Shown: positions 57,108-62,661 of the stretch, in pieces | How positions within the stretch are numbered: the stretch's first letter is position 1 | Layout of the letters: every line of letters starts with the position of its first letter | Assembly: GCA_000320545.1 (NCBI GenBank) | Contig: ADNK01002426.1 | Coordinates: forward strand, 1 to 62,661 | Direction: 5' to 3' | Length of the DNA: 62,661 bases | Source: Bigelowiella natans CCMP2755 | Lineage: Eukaryota; Protista; Cercozoa | Translations under genes and position numbers: made by a program | Notes under the pieces: model-generated | Databases searched by the model: none | Seen by the model: only the letters and a program-made list of their open reading frames with translations | Told to the model about the DNA's origin: nothing

Positions 57108-57291
57108 AAGTGGTATCCTGTATAAATTCTAACTGAAGAAACTGTCTTTATTAACCTCACCCAAGCAGATTGCAAGCAAGGAAAATCAACAGCAGCAACA
57201 GCAGCAAAAAGTTACTCCGAAGACAACACCTCGTACTACCCCCCGTACAACTCCCAGGGCAAGGAAAAATGCAACAAATAAGCAACGGTGA
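48733..57291 (+). CDS. Kinesin-5 (BimC/Eg5/KIF11-like) with long coiled-coil stalk
   Basis: Motor motifs [15 protein letters not shown]|[43 protein letters not shown]; a long coiled coil; BimC-box-like TGQTPSK near 56451; tail with KEN and TP repeats. Confidence 0.92.
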
Positions 57292-57399
57292 TTGGGAACT
57301 GTAAATTCGCAGTAGCATTTCACGCTTTCACGATGTGTACGTATTTGTTACATTTCTAAATTGTACAATAACGATCATTCTTTGTAGCTATTTGAACTA

Positions 57400-58310
57400 T
57401 TTAGTGATTATGCACAGCTAGACAGCAAAGCGCCAGTACATATCTAGATATCTGCAATAACTATGCTTGCCGCCATTTTCGGTCACATGCATATAGCTAT
57501 AGATAGGTGTGTGCCATTAACATTAGAGTTTGGTTGATCTCGCTGTCATTCTAGTCTAGTAGTCATTGCATCACATGATGCCATGCTAACATGTCTAGAA
57601 AGTTCCATAGAGTGCCCATGACCAGACAACACGACGCGTCGATGTGCTAATCTTAGCTTTAGACGTGCTAGCGTGTCTAGAGAGCATCACAAGCTAGCAT
57701 GCTGCACTGCTAAACATCGTCTGTCTTAAGCTAGCAAGCTGCAAAGCAATCTAGCAGGGACAAATGAGAAGCAGAGGACCAGTACGTGTGATTGCAACAG
57801 CGCTAACATCTGTCATTATTGTTTTCAGTGTGCATGTATCGTATCGTATCGTAATGTGCAGCTGCATAGATGGCTAGATGGCCATCTATATAGTAGCAGA
57901 TCTAGATCGAGCTAGGCACAAATCATGGCTAGCAGATAGCTAGATAGCGTGCTAGCTAGCAAGCGTGGTGCACTCTAGCACTTCTGCTAGCTAGACTTGG
58001 CAAAAATCTGCAACAAAAAGTGCTCATTCATTCCATCTTCTAGTCTTCATTGTCTAGTTGTGACAAGTGTGCATCGTCCATGTGTTGCGCCTTCGTTTTG
58101 TGTGTTGCTAGATTGTAGAGCCACAGCATCTAGACATGCATGCGTAGACAGCTCTAGAGCTAGAGCGACAGTCGTGTGTGTGTGCACATCTGGAGCTGTT
58201 GTGCCAACTACTGAATTATCGATCATCATTGCTACACAGATTGTACATCTTCGATCATTGCAATGCATGTAATAAATATCTTCATCCTGCAGCCACTAGA
58301 TTTGTTAGAA
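57400..58310. other. Partially TpA-depleted, CTAG-rich intergenic tract between convergent genes
   Basis: Dense CTAG/GCTAGC. Many remaining TpA lie in CTA or TAG half-sites. Confidence 0.75.
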
Positions 58311-58347
58311 TTAAGATTCAGCATAATCATCATCATCATCATCATCA

Positions 58348-60475
58348 TCAATTGAGCCACGAAGCCAAGCAGCCAGTCTGGACTGCCATGGTGGTAAAGA
58401 ACCCTTGTGCCTGCACAAGCCCCACTGGATTGGTGATTTTAGGCATCACTCCATTGCTCATAGATTTCAACTCGCTCTTTAATGCATCTAGAAATGCATT
58501 CGTTTCGGAATCAGTCATCCGTTCAATGAATACATACCTACCTTTGTAGCTTTTCCCAATCTCCATGACATAACCTTCTCCCAACTTACGAACTGCAATT
58601 CTAACAGCATTCCATACATCGGTAGGAGTAAGGAGGGTTGATTGCCCATCTGTACCCATTGGTGTAATCAACATAGCTTTCCAAAGTTTTCGATACAAGC
58701 ACACCTGCTTTGTGTTTATGTCAATAACTAAATGGATACAATAGGCAAAGAAACTCCGCTTAGATTTCAGATTTTTCAAAGTTGCTTCTCGGACTATCTT
58801 TGACTCTATTTCAGCTTTATTATTTTTTTGGTAGTAGCTGGAGACTTCATCCAGGGATGAATACGAAGCATACTCGTTTTGAGTTGTTACGCCGCTCTTT
58901 TTGGATGCTTGTACCACAAGTAAGCTCTCGTTTTTCTCTTCTATGGCTCGGCAGATCATTTCTGCTGATGGACGAAGTTTTAAGTCTATGTTCAAACAGC
59001 TCTTAAGTAATGCCCTTTCGAAGGAACTTGCGTTCTCAGGACACTCTAACTGCTCTTTTCCTTGCACAATCCGCTCTAGGCATTCCTTATACGACTGACC
59101 CTTCCAATTGTAAGGTTCGCACCCTTTTGTCAAAAGCTCCCATATAGTTACTCCTAATGACCAAATGTCAGACGCGCTGGTGAAGCTACCCGACTTGCCA
59201 ACGCTCTCTGGTGCCATCCAGGGCCAGGCAACGTTCGAAACGTTTCTGATATAAGCCGAGTTCTTCGGCGCGAAACGTGTGAGTCCGAAATCAGCAATTT
59301 TGGCAGTACCATCCTTAGTGAGGAGGATATTGCGACAAGCGATATCACGATGCACAAGCTGTAATGAGTGCAAGTGTTGCAAGCCTTTTGCAATGTCCTT
59401 TGTCACTTGAAGGAATCCTTGGCCGTGTGATAATTCAAGACTTTTATGTAAAACATCCAGGGAACCTTTCTCACAGAGGGGGGTGAGGAAACACAACTTT
59501 CCCTGAATAAGGACGAGAGCTTCGAGGGTTAGCACGTTAGGATGAGGCTTCAAATGAAGGAAGGCTGCGAACTCACCCACATCCTCCTTGAAATCACCAT
59601 TCTTAGGTATTTTTATCACATATTTGACTTTTTCTTGATCTTTTATGGAAGCTATGAGGCTTCTGGCAAAGTTTCCTTCACCAAGTACTTTCCCCATCTC
59701 TAAATCATCCTCTTGGTACAATGGGAACCCGTAAAGCTGGCTTGGTGATCTGCTCGACGACGACGCTGCCAATGATGATAACAAAAAACTTATTTTAGAT
59801 AATGTGAACGTCTTGTTTGGGATAAATGTGAAGCATTCTGTAACATGTGTGTAAATGACCTCTTGATTTCGTGTCGTCGCCTACATCTTCTGTCGGCAGC
59901 GTATTTTGGCTACTCAAGACACCGTACTCTGAGCTACTGCGTGACTGTAGAGTCGGAAAATCGGAAGGCAACTTGACTTCTTTTTGTTGAGATTCTATGG
60001 CACCATCACCATTAGAAGCACTTTGTCGTGGTCCTTTTATTATTACCATGTTGTTGAGAGTTTCGACAAGGGAGTTGAGTTGTTTTCGTGGCCCTATTTT
60101 GCCTTGAACCAACTCATTAACTTCGTCCTTTGTCAATTTCAAAAGATCCCCCCCTGTGAGCTCATTTTCCTCTATGGCCTGCGGATGTAGCAACAGTGTG
60201 TTGATTCGTCACTTATTTGTATTGTTGTCGACTACTCGTAACTTATTGTATCGGGTGGTGGTGGTGGTGTGAAACTAATTACTTCTGAGATTGTCATGTG
60301 CGTGACTTCATAGTGAAATAAGTTAGGTCTACGTTCGAACCTTAATGATATTTGGCCTTATTTTGAGTGCGGAGGCATTTGCAGCAAGCCATTTTATCAG
60401 TTCCATTTCGTCCATTGCACTAACGTTTTCACGACTCCCCCCCACTTCTCCTTTAGCATCGTTTCTGTTTTCCAT
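58348..60475 (-). CDS. Three-exon protein kinase with tyrosine-kinase-type signatures, N-terminal SAM-like domain and unknown C-terminal domain
   Basis: LIKWL...|AIEENELTGGDLLKLTKDEVNELVQGKIGPRKQL (SAM-like); LGEGNFA, VIKIPK, HRDIACRNILL, KIADFGL, WPWMAPES, SDIWSLGVTIWELLTKGCEPY. Confidence 0.9.
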
Positions 60476-60699
60476 GTCCACGTGTTGTTTGTGAACCTGA
60501 GATGTGTTCAACTACTACAGGCTTTCACACAGTGTGGTAGGGTATACTAAAGATGAGGAAGGAGGACTCGTTCATTCCTTCATTCCTTGAACGACAATGA
60601 GTGATGTCTGTTACAATTCAAAAGAATTGGCATAGAGCAGGGGAATTTACCCTTGCGACAACCAAATTCAACAAGGAAACCTAAATATCAGAGCTGGTG

Positions 60700-61300
60700 C
60701 AGAAACGCGAGAGAGATGGGGGAGCCGAGCACGCTGCACGCTAGCACGTCGTGTGGTGGCACCCCGCAAGTCTGGAAATTTCGAATTCTTCAAAATTTCG
60801 TTTCATTTTGGCCATCGCGAATCCATAGTGTGTCAATGAACAAGCTGTCTAGCTGTGCACAGAACGAGCGACGCAGCAAGTCTCACAATCTCACAACTCA
60901 AGCAACATTTCAGCAGCATTTCCAGGCTTCTCAGATGGAGCACGCTGGCTAGCTGGTGTGGTGCCCACATGTCTGTCAGGCACGCCAGCTAGCTAGCATG
61001 CCTGCCAGTACTAGCTAGCAAGAGCAGATAGGTGCGGACTTGACTTGCTTCGCACACGCTCGCACGGCTAGACGGCCTTCATGCATTGCTAGATCTAGAG
61101 ATTGCTAGATTGACATGGCAGACATGCAACATGTCACACATACATTACATGTACTTCATTGCTGTGTCTATTATTGATCTCTAGATCTCCTCGTGCGCCC
61201 ACTTGTGCCTTTTTACTAGTTTGCGATGCACAAGACAGTCGTGCGATTGTTCTCACAACATGACATTCGATTAATTTTTACACATTGCATGTGCATCATG
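60700..61300. other. TpA-depleted / CTAG-retaining intergenic tract
   Basis: 60700-61140 has about 14 TpA by manual count: about 11 in CTAG, 2 in ATAG and 1 in GTAC. Confidence 0.8.
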
Positions 61301-61678
61301 TAGAAAGCGGCCAAACCTATATCAATGAACAAAGTCAAGTCATAGTATACTAAAATAGCGATCTAACATCGTGAACACAGCATTCTCTCTTTTACTTGCT
61401 GGTGTGGATGTGCGCGCGCTACCACGACTGCAGACTCGAAATAGTCGAAGGGTCGTAGGCTAGCTAGCTAGTAGGCTTGACATTGGACACTACGTTCACA
61501 CGGTGAGTTTACTATGCATGTATTCAATTTTGGATGTTGCATTCCAATGAAATGTCATTGTTTTAGCAAAATGTGGCACACACCACATTTTGCCCGATGC
61601 ATCCCCAACTACTTCATCGCGGTAACAATGCAAACAAAGCAACAAAGGAGCAATAGTTACATACTTGCTATATGTCTT

Positions 61679-62661
<983 letters not shown>

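Overview
Left end of a eukaryotic nuclear chromosome. A (CCCTAA)n telomere is followed almost at once by about nine intron-rich genes and the 3' end of a tenth; their GT-AG introns are full of microsatellites. Manual splicing gives, in order: a membrane-anchored protein with a bacterial-type galactose-mutarotase-like domain, Rpn13, an N-truncated bacterial-type NFACT/RqcH, a transportin-3/importin-13-like karyopherin with a signal peptide + LRGG + acidic presequence, an HPAT/SGT1-like glycosyltransferase, two hypothetical proteins, kinesin-5, and a SAM-tyrosine-kinase-type protein. The TTAGGG telomere, the intron density and the bipartite presequence suggest a chlorarachniophyte-like alga (inference). 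The most striking unexplained signal is in intergenic and subtelomeric tracts, where TpA is almost absent, TpG/CpA is abundant, and the surviving TpA lies mainly in CTAG. This looks like a targeted A-to-G hypermutation process, the mirror image of fungal RIP. All gene models and dinucleotide counts were made by eye and need RNA-seq or computational confirmation.
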